Positions 30,052-38,353 of a stretch of 64,000 nucleotides of DNA are shown piece by piece; the stretch's first letter is position 1, and the number at the start of each line of letters is the position of its first letter. The notes below the pieces were generated by a model. That model saw only the letters and a program-made list of their open reading frames with translations, was not told the DNA's origin and made no database searches. Position numbers and translations under genes: made by a program. The DNA lies in the IMG/VR virus record IMGVR_UViG_3300044655_001017. One strand, written 5' to 3'. This stretch comes from a virus (Duplodnaviria; Caudoviricetes).

Positions 30052-30759
30052 ATGTCAAAAAATTTATCAGCACTGTTAAGAACTGGTAGTAGCACTCCAT
30101 TAACAATTGCTAGCAATTCAATACTAGGTGGTGTAAAAGTTGACGGAACTACTATTACAATTAATCCATCAACTGGTGTTATTAGTGGTGCAAACACATA
30201 CTCATTAATTGCTACAACTACAACAACATTAGGTGGTGTAATTATACCAGTAGTTGGAACTAGTGGTATTTCTAATTCATCAGGTACAATTGGGTTAGCA
30301 ACTGCAAGTACTACACAATTAGGTGGTGTAAAAGTTGACGGAACTACTATTACAATTAACGGTAGTGGTGTTATTAGCATAACAGAACCAACTACTACAC
30401 TATCAAGTACTGCAACTACCCTTACTATTGATTTAACTACAACTACTACGTCAACAATAATTATTACATGTGATACTACTGCTAGTCAAGCAAAAACTTT
30501 TAATTTTACTGGCACTCCTGCTACAATGATTAGTACAAACATATTCTCAATAAATGTTATTGTTAAAAACAACGTAGCAATTTCTAGTTTAACGTGGCAA
30601 CGTGCAGGAGTCGCAGGTAATGTTAAATGGCCAAATGGTGCAATTCCTCCTGCCACATTGACTGCAATTGGTACCGGGGGTTATGATGTTTGGACATTTT
30701 TTACAACAGATGGCGGTACAACGTTTGCCGGAAGTTTATCAATGTATGGAGTTAGATAA
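30052..30759 (+). CDS. Tail fibre shaft/carrier protein
   Basis: Two LGGVKVDGTTITIN repeats; C-terminal VKWPNGA.PP...YDVWTFFTTDGGTTF domain analogous to the end of 14131. Confidence 0.65.
   Translation: MSKNLSALLRTGSSTPLTIASNSILGGVKVDGTTITINPSTGVISGANTYSLIATTTTTLGGVIIPVVGTSGISNSSGTIGLATASTTQLGGVKVDGTTITINGSGVISITEPTTTLSSTATTLTIDLTTTTTSTIIITCDTTASQAKTFNFTGTPATMISTNIFSINVIVKNNVAISSLTWQRAGVAGNVKWPNGAIPPATLTAIGTGGYDVWTFFTTDGGTTFAGSLSMYGVR
30125..30359 (+). repeat. Exact 40-bp direct repeat (30125..30164 and 30320..30359)
   Basis: TAGGTGGTGTAAAAGTTGACGGAACTACTATTACAATTAA occurs twice. Confidence 0.9.
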
Positions 30760-30761
30760 CC

Positions 30762-31577
30762 ATGATTGGCAAATTTTTTGGGAAGTTAATTCGTGAAATA
30801 ACTCCTGCTGATATGACTCCAGTTACTATTAATTCGTCCGGAACTTATAATCCTAGATACGGAAAACAACGTATTTTCATATCCGGAGCCGGTGGGGTAG
30901 GAACTTATATTCCTGGAAACTTTTACGACAATTCGTATACTAATTCTGGATATACAAATCCAGCTGTTAATAACTCGTATACTAATCCTGGATCTACTAA
31001 TGCAGCGCAAAACGGTGTACAAGTCGGAGTTTATTATGTAAACTGGAGTCCAAGTACCTGGTATGCTGATGCTTCTGGGCCTCCGGGAAATTGGAGTTGG
31101 TATTATAATGTAGTTACCCAGTCTGTTACATATTATAACTTTTATGCATATTATTCTCCGTATCCGAGTAGTGTTAATACAATGGGCGGGTATAACATGC
31201 CAGGCAATGGTGGTACTACTCCATCTAGTCCGTATGCAGTCGGAACTCCTGGGGCGGGACAACTTTACGGTAATGTGCCAGCATATTATCAACCGGGCAA
31301 TTACGTTCCGGGCAATTACGACCCAGGAAATTACGTTCCGGGGAATTACGTTTCAGGAAACACCGGAACAAATGCAGGTACTACAAATACCGGATCTACC
31401 TTTAATATATTTGGAGTATCATTACCAGGAGGTGTAGGCGGCGCTGCAACTGCAATACCCCCAACGCTTGGAAGCTTTACAAGTTATTATACAAGCTACT
31501 ATACAGTTTATGATACTTCGCCTATAACAGTAACAGTGCCCACAGGCGGGTACGTTATAATTACATTCACACTATAA
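30762..31577 (+). CDS. Pro/Gly/Asn/Tyr-rich putative fibre tip protein with PGNY repeats
   Basis: Directly follows a carrier gene; QPGNYVPGNYDPGNYVPGNYVSGN; ends PITVTVPTGGYVIITF. Confidence 0.55.
   Translation: MIGKFFGKLIREITPADMTPVTINSSGTYNPRYGKQRIFISGAGGVGTYIPGNFYDNSYTNSGYTNPAVNNSYTNPGSTNAAQNGVQVGVYYVNWSPSTWYADASGPPGNWSWYYNVVTQSVTYYNFYAYYSPYPSSVNTMGGYNMPGNGGTTPSSPYAVGTPGAGQLYGNVPAYYQPGNYVPGNYDPGNYVPGNYVSGNTGTNAGTTNTGSTFNIFGVSLPGGVGGAATAIPPTLGSFTSYYTSYYTVYDTSPITVTVPTGGYVIITFTL
31293..31361 (+). repeat. Degenerate 15-bp tandem repeat encoding (P/S)GNY(V/D) x4-5
   Basis: CCGGGCAATTACGTT CCGGGCAATTACGAC CCAGGAAATTACGTT CCGGGGAATTACGTT TCAGGAAAC. Confidence 0.85.
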
Positions 31578-31582
31578 AAATT

Positions 31583-32176
31583 ATGTATACAATACCAGAT
31601 ATTCACACTGCATTAGAACCATTAGTTTGTTGGTCAGGTGCATTTACAGAAGAAGAAATTAATAAAATAATTAAAATGGGAGACGAATTAGCGTTCCAGC
31701 GAGCAAAAGTTGGTTCAAAAAATTCTGAAGATTTAAAAATTAGAAATAGTACAGTATCTTGGATACAACCAAATGAAGAAACTAGTTGGCTATTTAATAA
31801 AATGGCTGAAATAGTTGCTAGGATTAATACTGACAAGTATCAATTTACATTATCTCATATAGAAGCACTACAATATACTACATATGAAATTAACGAGTTT
31901 TATGGTTGGCATATTGACGGAGCAGCAAAGGATACGTTTGGACCACATCATAGAAAATTAGGAATTTCTGTTATATTATCAGATCCGGATAGCGAATTCA
32001 CCGGCGGAGAATTCCAGATTATTCCTGACGGAAATCCTAATAATGTAAATAGTACAAAGCCTAAAAAGGGAGATGTAATAGCATTTCCGTCGTTTGTTCC
32101 CCATCAAGTTACAAAAGTTGAATCCGGAAAACGGAAAAGTTTAGTTTGTTGGGTACTTGGGCCAAAATTTAAATAA
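31583..32176 (+). CDS. 2OG-Fe(II) oxygenase (prolyl-4-hydroxylase/PKHD-like)
   Basis: YGWHIDG (HxD), RKL..SV.LSDP...FTGGEF, FPSFVPHQVTKVESGKRKSLVCW (distal His plus 2OG-binding Arg). Confidence 0.9.
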   Translation: MYTIPDIHTALEPLVCWSGAFTEEEINKIIKMGDELAFQRAKVGSKNSEDLKIRNSTVSWIQPNEETSWLFNKMAEIVARINTDKYQFTLSHIEALQYTTYEINEFYGWHIDGAAKDTFGPHHRKLGISVILSDPDSEFTGGEFQIIPDGNPNNVNSTKPKKGDVIAFPSFVPHQVTKVESGKRKSLVCWVLGPKFK

Positions 32177-32186
32177 AAGAGGGTAA

Positions 32187-32906
32187 ATGTCGCTTATATC
32201 AATTTTTAAAGATCCACTAATAGAGTTTTTAACTTCCGAACAACATTCTACAGTATTAATCCCGCCTGGACCTGCTAATAAATTTATACCGGAATGGTAT
32301 AAATCTATTCCTGCAGTTAGTAAATCTTTTAGAGACGTGAAAGGTGCACACGGAATGACTGCTAAGAAGTGTTTACCGATGTTAGATGCAATGACACACG
32401 GCTACATTATTCCACTAGCAGGCGACATACATGTAAGGACAAATGAAGACGCAACTATAATTGATATTACTGAAAATCCGTATGTTCGATTAACAGACGA
32501 ACACGACCCAACTCAAGTAGGACCAAATTTTCCGTATCCTGGAAAACATTTAATTAAATTTTTAAATCATTTTGTTATTAAAACTCCTCCAGGATATTCG
32601 TGTTTATTTACTGCACCGGTTAATCATTTAGAATCTAGATTCTTAACATTAGGTGCAGTGGTCGAAACCGATATGTATGATAGAGAAATTAATTTTCCAA
32701 CTGTGTGGCTAGCTAATAATTTTGATGACATTTTACCTGCAGGAACTCCGTTAATACAATGTATTCCGTTTAAACGCAATACTAATATTGATAAGTACAC
32801 TGTTAGACCATTTACTTCTAAAGAATTTAATCAAAGAGAAATAACAAGAATGAAACAAGATAATCAGTGCAGTTATTATGTTAATAATATTAGAGTAAAA
32901 AAATAA
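32187..32906 (+). CDS. Conserved phage protein, possibly a divergent dUTPase/dCTP-deaminase-like fold
   Basis: TPPGYSCLF, GAVVETDMYDREINF and ILPAGTPLIQCIPFKR loosely match dUTPase motifs; paralog of the next gene. Confidence 0.45.
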   Translation: MSLISIFKDPLIEFLTSEQHSTVLIPPGPANKFIPEWYKSIPAVSKSFRDVKGAHGMTAKKCLPMLDAMTHGYIIPLAGDIHVRTNEDATIIDITENPYVRLTDEHDPTQVGPNFPYPGKHLIKFLNHFVIKTPPGYSCLFTAPVNHLESRFLTLGAVVETDMYDREINFPTVWLANNFDDILPAGTPLIQCIPFKRNTNIDKYTVRPFTSKEFNQREITRMKQDNQCSYYVNNIRVKK

Positions 32907-33658
32907 TGTCTATAATATCAACTATTAAATCGTTATTATTTGAAGCATTTGATACAACTCCTATGATTTCTTTCAAGTGTGAAGTTCCAGGATATGAAGT
33001 AGGGCAACCTGTAAAACGCGCAGTAGATATTAAACCAGACTGGATGATTGATCAGCAAAAAGAAGCGACCCATCATGGAACTCATAAATTCTCTGCGTGT
33101 CCGGGTATGCACGATTTGTATAAAACAGGATACATCATTCCTGCATGGGAAGATTTTGAAATTATTGTTACGGAATCTACTTTTAAAATTCAAATCGGTA
33201 GAGGCACTACATTTCCATGTTTACCTCATCAACCATTATCGTACCACGTAGTAAAAGACATAATTGCGCTCGATGAAGGTATGACAGGACATGCTATAAA
33301 ATTTCCATCTCCATGGAAGGCGTTTACTAAGCCAGGGTATTCTGCGCTTGTTATGCCGGCAATGTACCATTCTCCGTTTCTTCGTGATTTATTTGTATAT
33401 CCGGGTATTAATGATTACGACACATTTCATCATTTAAATTTAATGGTTACTCCAGTAAAACCGATGCACATTAAAATATATGCAGGTACTCCGTTATTGC
33501 AAGTAATTCCGTATAAACGAGAAATCATTACTGCCGAAGTTGGTTTAGCTAGTGCTAAAGATATTGCGTTGGCTAATTTTACATACCGAACTAGTGCTCC
33601 GGGATTTTATAGAAAATGGTTATACAAGAAAAAAACAACAGACATTAAATATATTTAA
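32906..33658 (+). CDS. Paralog of 32187..32906
   Basis: CPGM.D...TGYIIP, TKPGYSAL, PGINDYD, IYAGTPLLQVIPYKR; TAATG coupling. Confidence 0.45.
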   Translation: MSIISTIKSLLFEAFDTTPMISFKCEVPGYEVGQPVKRAVDIKPDWMIDQQKEATHHGTHKFSACPGMHDLYKTGYIIPAWEDFEIIVTESTFKIQIGRGTTFPCLPHQPLSYHVVKDIIALDEGMTGHAIKFPSPWKAFTKPGYSALVMPAMYHSPFLRDLFVYPGINDYDTFHHLNLMVTPVKPMHIKIYAGTPLLQVIPYKREIITAEVGLASAKDIALANFTYRTSAPGFYRKWLYKKKTTDIKYI

Positions 33659-33670
33659 AGGATTTTAAAC

Positions 33671-34087
33671 ATGAATACAATTTTTAAAGTAAGAATTAAT
33701 CAAGACGGTTCGATTAATTTATTAAAACAAATAGTTGCAATAAACAGTGATGATACTAATTGGAGACCTGCGGTTGAAATAGAACCAGAACCGACAGTAA
33801 CATCATTAGAGAGAGTTATTCCTCAATACGATTTAACTACTGATCCAATCGGTATTACTTATGTTGTAATTAACATGACTCTTGCTGAAAGACAACAACA
33901 TGAAATTCAAAAAATTAAACAAAAGCTAATATCGTCAGTTACTACAATGGTACATTCTAATTTTGAAGTAGATCCGTCGGCGTTCGATACCGATGTACTT
34001 ACACAATCAAAATTAGAAGTAGACTCTAAAATTGCAGCTATTACTGCAGCAACTACTCACGAAGAGTTAACTGAAATTGTTAGATAA
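33671..34087 (+). CDS. Hypothetical tail fibre partner-like protein
   Basis: AAGGA RBS; ends SKIAAITAATTHEELTEI, like fibre-assembly proteins. Confidence 0.45.
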   Translation: MNTIFKVRINQDGSINLLKQIVAINSDDTNWRPAVEIEPEPTVTSLERVIPQYDLTTDPIGITYVVINMTLAERQQHEIQKIKQKLISSVTTMVHSNFEVDPSAFDTDVLTQSKLEVDSKIAAITAATTHEELTEIVR

Positions 34088-34099
34088 AACGTATCTTAA

Positions 34100-34549
34100 T
34101 TATAAACTATCAATAATATCAATAACAGTTTGAATCTTAGTTTGTATAATTTTATTACGCAAGCTAAGATTTAACCCGCGATGAATAGGTTTTGGAAGTG
34201 CAACTAAACTAAACCAACCCCATGCAATGTGTTCATTACTTAAGGTTGGAACAAATTCATTTTCCACTAAACAAAAATATGTATGAAAATTGAAAACACT
34301 ATCATTAGATACAAACTTTTCTAATGGTAGTGTTTTTTTAATGACTGGGAGAAATCCAATTTCTTCCTCTATTTCTCTAGTAAGACCTTGCCACGGATTT
34401 TCATCAGCGAGATTAGTCCCTCCGACTAATCCCCAGGTTCCTTGATGTTTACCTGAGGATTTTTGGATCAACAGAAATCTATGTGTAGCTTGAGAATATA
34501 TAAGTGCGCCGCTACATATTACCTGTTCGGTTACATTTCTAGTCGCCAT
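34100..34549 (-). CDS. Nudix hydrolase
   Basis: Nudix box GGTNLADENPWQGLTREIEEEIG; EH...GWF. Confidence 0.9.
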   Translation of the reverse strand: MATRNVTEQVICSGALIYSQATHRFLLIQKSSGKHQGTWGLVGGTNLADENPWQGLTREIEEEIGFLPVIKKTLPLEKFVSNDSVFNFHTYFCLVENEFVPTLSNEHIAWGWFSLVALPKPIHRGLNLSLRNKIIQTKIQTVIDIIDSL

Positions 34550-36003
34550 TTACCCACCTTGTAAATTCCTTCAAAACTTTTAAGCCATGATATCCCATTC
34601 CACACATATTGTATACTAGTAAAAATATTTGTTTGCCAAATCATATAATCAAACGCATTCACTGAATCAAAAATTACAATCCACTGATTACCATCCCATT
34701 CAATAATATCGTTAGCATGCGCAACTAGCGGTTGTCCGTTGGCTCCTTTCCAACCATCTGGATTATCTTCGTTATGTTCATTACCAGTATCTTCAATTAA
34801 TAGATATCGGCATCCTGAATATATAGGATGATCAGTTGGATCAAATGTAAGAGGATTAATAATTGCATCAACGGTTCCGGGAGATTGCATGTATCCCGGA
34901 ACATCTCTATAGTTTGGACCTGCGTCGTAATTTAAATCAAAATCAAACAATCCTACACTGTTAATGCCAGTGTTTGGATTTTTAGTATCTTGATCCCAAA
35001 CAACGTCTAATATTGTTTCTTCATATTGATGTCTAGAAACAGTACCATTAACTTCTGTGCCGTCGGGCTGCATTAAAAATATCCTAGTTACTCCTGATAT
35101 AAATTTATCTGGGAACATCTCTAACAACTCGTCCCATTTAACTTCTGCATTATAATGTTCTGGCATGTCTAGTGACAAATCATTAGTTAACGAAGAATTT
35201 TTTGAGTTTAATAATGTAATCTGATTGTTTACTACTTCAATTGCATAATCTTCAGTCACTGAAATAATCTGAGTCATTAATGTAGACGTAGTTAAGTCTG
35301 GTATAAACGCATCATTACCAAAACCTGAAATGTACGGTGCATTTGCATCATGTAATCCGGTAATAATCTTTGTAATAATCCCATGTTGTTTAAGTTTAAC
35401 TGGCGGACTAATCCATATAGGCGCACTTACGGTTAATGTTCCAATGTCAATTGGTGTATCATTGCCAACTGGTACTGCTTTGCTTGACCATGCAATTGAA
35501 TCTAAATTTAATACTGAAATACTTGTCCAATCAAAATAGTTATCAGTTGTTTGTAATTCCAAACTTGGATTAAACAACATTAAAATTTGTTCTAAAATTT
35601 GTAATTTTTGATCAGTATTTGCAGTCCAAATGTCAACTTTCATAGTTAACTTAAACGGTGTTGGCATTAATCGTTCTATTGTATAATTTCTACCAACGTT
35701 ACTCGTATATTGCCCGTCTACTATTTCACGTTCTCTAACATGCTTTTTACTAACAAATGTTGAATCTTGAAGACGTTCTCTTTCTAAATCTAATCCGTAT
35801 ATATACACACTGATTCTTGGTATAGAATTTAGTGTATTTTCTGAATTCTGCCTTATTACAGTAGCAGCTTGTCTATCCGAATCACCATACGCAACTGGAA
35901 TACGATGTAACGATCCGTCGCTGTATCGTACAGTAAACTCACTAAAAACTCTAATTGTTTGTGTAACGTACCGTCTTATGGCACCGTCATAAAAATGTTG
36001 CAT
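34531..36003 (-). CDS. gp15: Tail terminator / tail sheath stabilizer (T4 gp15-like) with C-terminal extension
   Basis: MQHFYDGAIRRY...F..F, IPVAYG, LPRIS-like IPRIS, MPTPFKL..KVDIW...DQKLQILEQIL..FNP. Confidence 0.8.
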   Translation of the reverse strand: MQHFYDGAIRRYVTQTIRVFSEFTVRYSDGSLHRIPVAYGDSDRQAATVIRQNSENTLNSIPRISVYIYGLDLERERLQDSTFVSKKHVREREIVDGQYTSNVGRNYTIERLMPTPFKLTMKVDIWTANTDQKLQILEQILMLFNPSLELQTTDNYFDWTSISVLNLDSIAWSSKAVPVGNDTPIDIGTLTVSAPIWISPPVKLKQHGIITKIITGLHDANAPYISGFGNDAFIPDLTTSTLMTQIISVTEDYAIEVVNNQITLLNSKNSSLTNDLSLDMPEHYNAEVKWDELLEMFPDKFISGVTRIFLMQPDGTEVNGTVSRHQYEETILDVVWDQDTKNPNTGINSVGLFDFDLNYDAGPNYRDVPGYMQSPGTVDAIINPLTFDPTDHPIYSGCRYLLIEDTGNEHNEDNPDGWKGANGQPLVAHANDIIEWDGNQWIVIFDSVNAFDYMIWQTNIFTSIQYVWNGISWLKSFEGIYKVGKWRLEM

Positions 36004-36039
36004 ACATTCTCCTATTCCGTTATTTATTGCAGCAAAAAT

Positions 36040-37473
36040 TTACAAATCTGCTTTTGGTTTAAGTACCTTTGATAAACTTTGACGTTCAGCTTCTCTATTA
36101 TTAAACAGCATTACACGCCATGCACCATCGTACGGAATAGTAATTTGGGATTCGTCTACTATTGGTAACGTTACTTTGATTTTGTTAACGCCATTAGAAA
36201 TGTAAGGCGTGATTAACGTTGGATTATCTGCAATTACAAATTCTAAACGGGTAGCTGATAGTTTAATTACAAGATATAAACCTTGTATTGAATAGTTAAT
36301 ATCAGTGTTAAATTCATAATCACCAACTTCTAGTCTTACATAATCTACAGCAACTTCGTCGTTGTACATAAATTTAGAGTTATTAATAAATCCAGTTTTA
36401 AGTGTTTGTCTAGTATCAGTATTTGTCATAGTCATACGCACGTTATCTTCTACTTTTAGCCATCGTTGCCCGTTAAATGTAAACAATCTATTTGGTAAAA
36501 AGTCAAGTCTTAAATAATAATCATTTAATGCAGGTGCTTGCGGAAACGCAATTCCAGTTCCAAATACATACCCATTAGGTGGATATCCGTCACCAAATAA
36601 GTATCCGCTATAACCTGTTCTTAACGGTACTGCGTTAACACTGCTAACATTAATATTTGATAATCCGTTAATTGTTTGACTGCTATAACTAGCATCAATT
36701 GCATCGGAATCAACAGTAGTTAACAACGCGGCACCGGTTACTGGATCAGTTGCTAATGTATAATATTGTCTAACTTGGAATCCACTCATTGGTGAATCAA
36801 GTTCTGCTTGTTTTATAATTGCATCGTTAATTTCAAGTTCTTTAGTACGAGTGCTTAACAATTCACGTAGTGCATAATTTGAATCTTCCCCTGCAGGCTG
36901 ATCAAGAATATCGGAATATTGCTGACTATCTGTAAGTTTTTTCAGTTTTAATCTATACAAATGCGGATACCATGTAGCACTGTACCCCTCACTTGGACGA
37001 TCTACTTCCTCAACTACAAAAAATCTAGGCATGCTTAAATCTAAGTCGTTTAATGCAAAATCATCTTTTAAATGCGGCAACTCCATAACATCACCTGCAA
37101 TTAATTTGCGACCAATTGTAGTAATAATGTCGTTAATATGCACTGTCATAAACACTGTATCGTTATCAATAAACAAACCAAACTGGCTTAAATTGAAATT
37201 AAGATTTTGAAGTTGATAATGACCACGAATACGATAAATTTCTTGTTCATACTTGCGATCACGGTTTTCTAAGAATAATAAATCTTGAATATTTGTTTCT
37301 TTTATTACATCATATATTGGTTGATCAGCAGTTCCTTCTAACGGATTTTTAGGTCCTAAATATTTATGAACGTGGCAATCTGTGCAACCAACTTGAAACA
37401 TCAATGATATTTGACGATCGATAAATCTGTAGTTATTGCCTTTCTCGGGTTTATAAAGACTAAGCCTCGGCAT
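36040..37473 (-). CDS. gp14: Neck protein (T4 gp14-like) with C-terminal extension
   Basis: IQDLLFLENRDRKY, LSQFGLF..ND, GD(V/L)..LPHL, VEEV..P.EG....WYPHLYRLK; lies next to gp13 and gp15. Confidence 0.7.
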   Translation of the reverse strand: MPRLSLYKPEKGNNYRFIDRQISLMFQVGCTDCHVHKYLGPKNPLEGTADQPIYDVIKETNIQDLLFLENRDRKYEQEIYRIRGHYQLQNLNFNLSQFGLFIDNDTVFMTVHINDIITTIGRKLIAGDVMELPHLKDDFALNDLDLSMPRFFVVEEVDRPSEGYSATWYPHLYRLKLKKLTDSQQYSDILDQPAGEDSNYALRELLSTRTKELEINDAIIKQAELDSPMSGFQVRQYYTLATDPVTGAALLTTVDSDAIDASYSSQTINGLSNINVSSVNAVPLRTGYSGYLFGDGYPPNGYVFGTGIAFPQAPALNDYYLRLDFLPNRLFTFNGQRWLKVEDNVRMTMTNTDTRQTLKTGFINNSKFMYNDEVAVDYVRLEVGDYEFNTDINYSIQGLYLVIKLSATRLEFVIADNPTLITPYISNGVNKIKVTLPIVDESQITIPYDGAWRVMLFNNREAERQSLSKVLKPKADL

Positions 37474-37497
37474 ATTACTTCTCCTTGAGTGTTATCA

Positions 37498-37517
37498 TAT
37501 TTATCGTAAGATAAATA
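37498..37517. promoter_or_regulatory. Back-to-back divergent late promoters (GATAAATA on minus 37498..37505 and plus 37510..37517)
   Basis: TATTTATC-GTAA-GATAAATA in the 60-nt gap between divergent gp14 and gp13. Confidence 0.7.
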
Positions 37518-37533
37518 TAGTAGGAGAACTATT

Positions 37534-38304
37534 ATGTCTGACGAAACCACATCATTGATAGAAAGAAATAAAGTATTTGAATATGTAAGCACTATGTTAG
37601 GTGCGGGAATGATTGATTTGGACCTCGACCCAATTCATTACGAAACTGCATTAGATAGAGCGTTAACTCGCTTTAGACAACGCAGTCCAAATGCAGTAGA
37701 AGAAAGTTATAGCTTTTTAGAACTAGTACAAGATCAAAACGATTACAGATTACCTGACGAAATTATAGAAGTACAGAGTGTATTTAGACGTGCTATTGGT
37801 TCACGTTCCGGTATGGGTGCAGGTGGAACATTGTTTGAACCATTTAATTTGGCGTATACTAATACATACATGATGAGTGGTAGTATGATGGGCGGACTTG
37901 CAACTTATGAATTGTTTGCAGGTTACCAAAAACTAGTTGGTAAAATGTTTGGTAGTTATATTGAGTTTAAATGGAAACCTACTAGTCATGTGTTGACAAT
38001 CTTACAACGTCCATTTGCACAAGGTGAACAGATTTTAATTAAGTCACATAATTATCGACCTGACTTTGTATTATTAACTGACATCTATGCTAAACAATGG
38101 TTGCGTGACTATACACTTGCAACTTGTAAAATTATGTTAGGAGAAGCACGTAGTTTATTTTCAACTATTGCAGGACCGGGTGGCGGAATTACACTAAACG
38201 GTAATGATATGAAATCTGCAGGTAAAGAAGAACTTGTTGCACTTGATAAAGAACTTGAAACACAAATATCTGGCGGTCAAGGCTATCATTTTATAATTGG
38301 TTAA
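37534..38304 (+). CDS. gp13: Neck protein (T4 gp13-like)
   Basis: LGAGMIDLDLDP.HY..A.D.AL..F, W.RDYTLA.CK..LG.AR..F..I.GPGGG.TLNG. Confidence 0.85.
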   Translation: MSDETTSLIERNKVFEYVSTMLGAGMIDLDLDPIHYETALDRALTRFRQRSPNAVEESYSFLELVQDQNDYRLPDEIIEVQSVFRRAIGSRSGMGAGGTLFEPFNLAYTNTYMMSGSMMGGLATYELFAGYQKLVGKMFGSYIEFKWKPTSHVLTILQRPFAQGEQILIKSHNYRPDFVLLTDIYAKQWLRDYTLATCKIMLGEARSLFSTIAGPGGGITLNGNDMKSAGKEELVALDKELETQISGGQGYHFIIG

Positions 38305-38305
38305 C

Positions 38306-38334
38306 TTGACATTTTCCTAAGATGAGCGTATAAT
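38306..38334 (+). promoter_or_regulatory. Perfect sigma70 promoter TTGACA-N17-TATAAT (early) for dNMP kinase
   Basis: TTGACA 38306-38311, TATAAT 38329-38334. Confidence 0.9.
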
Positions 38335-38353
38335 GCGTTTTTAGGAGAATAAA

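Noticed and set aside
8236-30380. Long antisense or alternate-frame ORFs (e.g. 8236..8631, 12087..12485, 18140..18610, 19280..19930, 23845..24354, 25888..26451, 30048..30380)
   Set aside because: They are shadows of Gly/Thr/Ser-rich or repetitive sense genes, with no RBS or motif support.
30125-31361. CRISPR-like repeat arrays
   Set aside because: The repeats are in-frame coding units without unique spacers, and there are no cas genes.
1-34087. Diversity-generating retroelement acting on the fibre genes
   Set aside because: No reverse transcriptase in the window and no template/variable repeat pair with adenine-restricted mismatches. The repeats found differ at mixed bases and encode shaft motifs. 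An RT elsewhere in the genome cannot be excluded.
34100-37473. Invertible (shufflon-like) segment
   Set aside because: I saw no flanking inverted repeats or recombinase, and the block has its own correctly oriented late promoter and RBSs.
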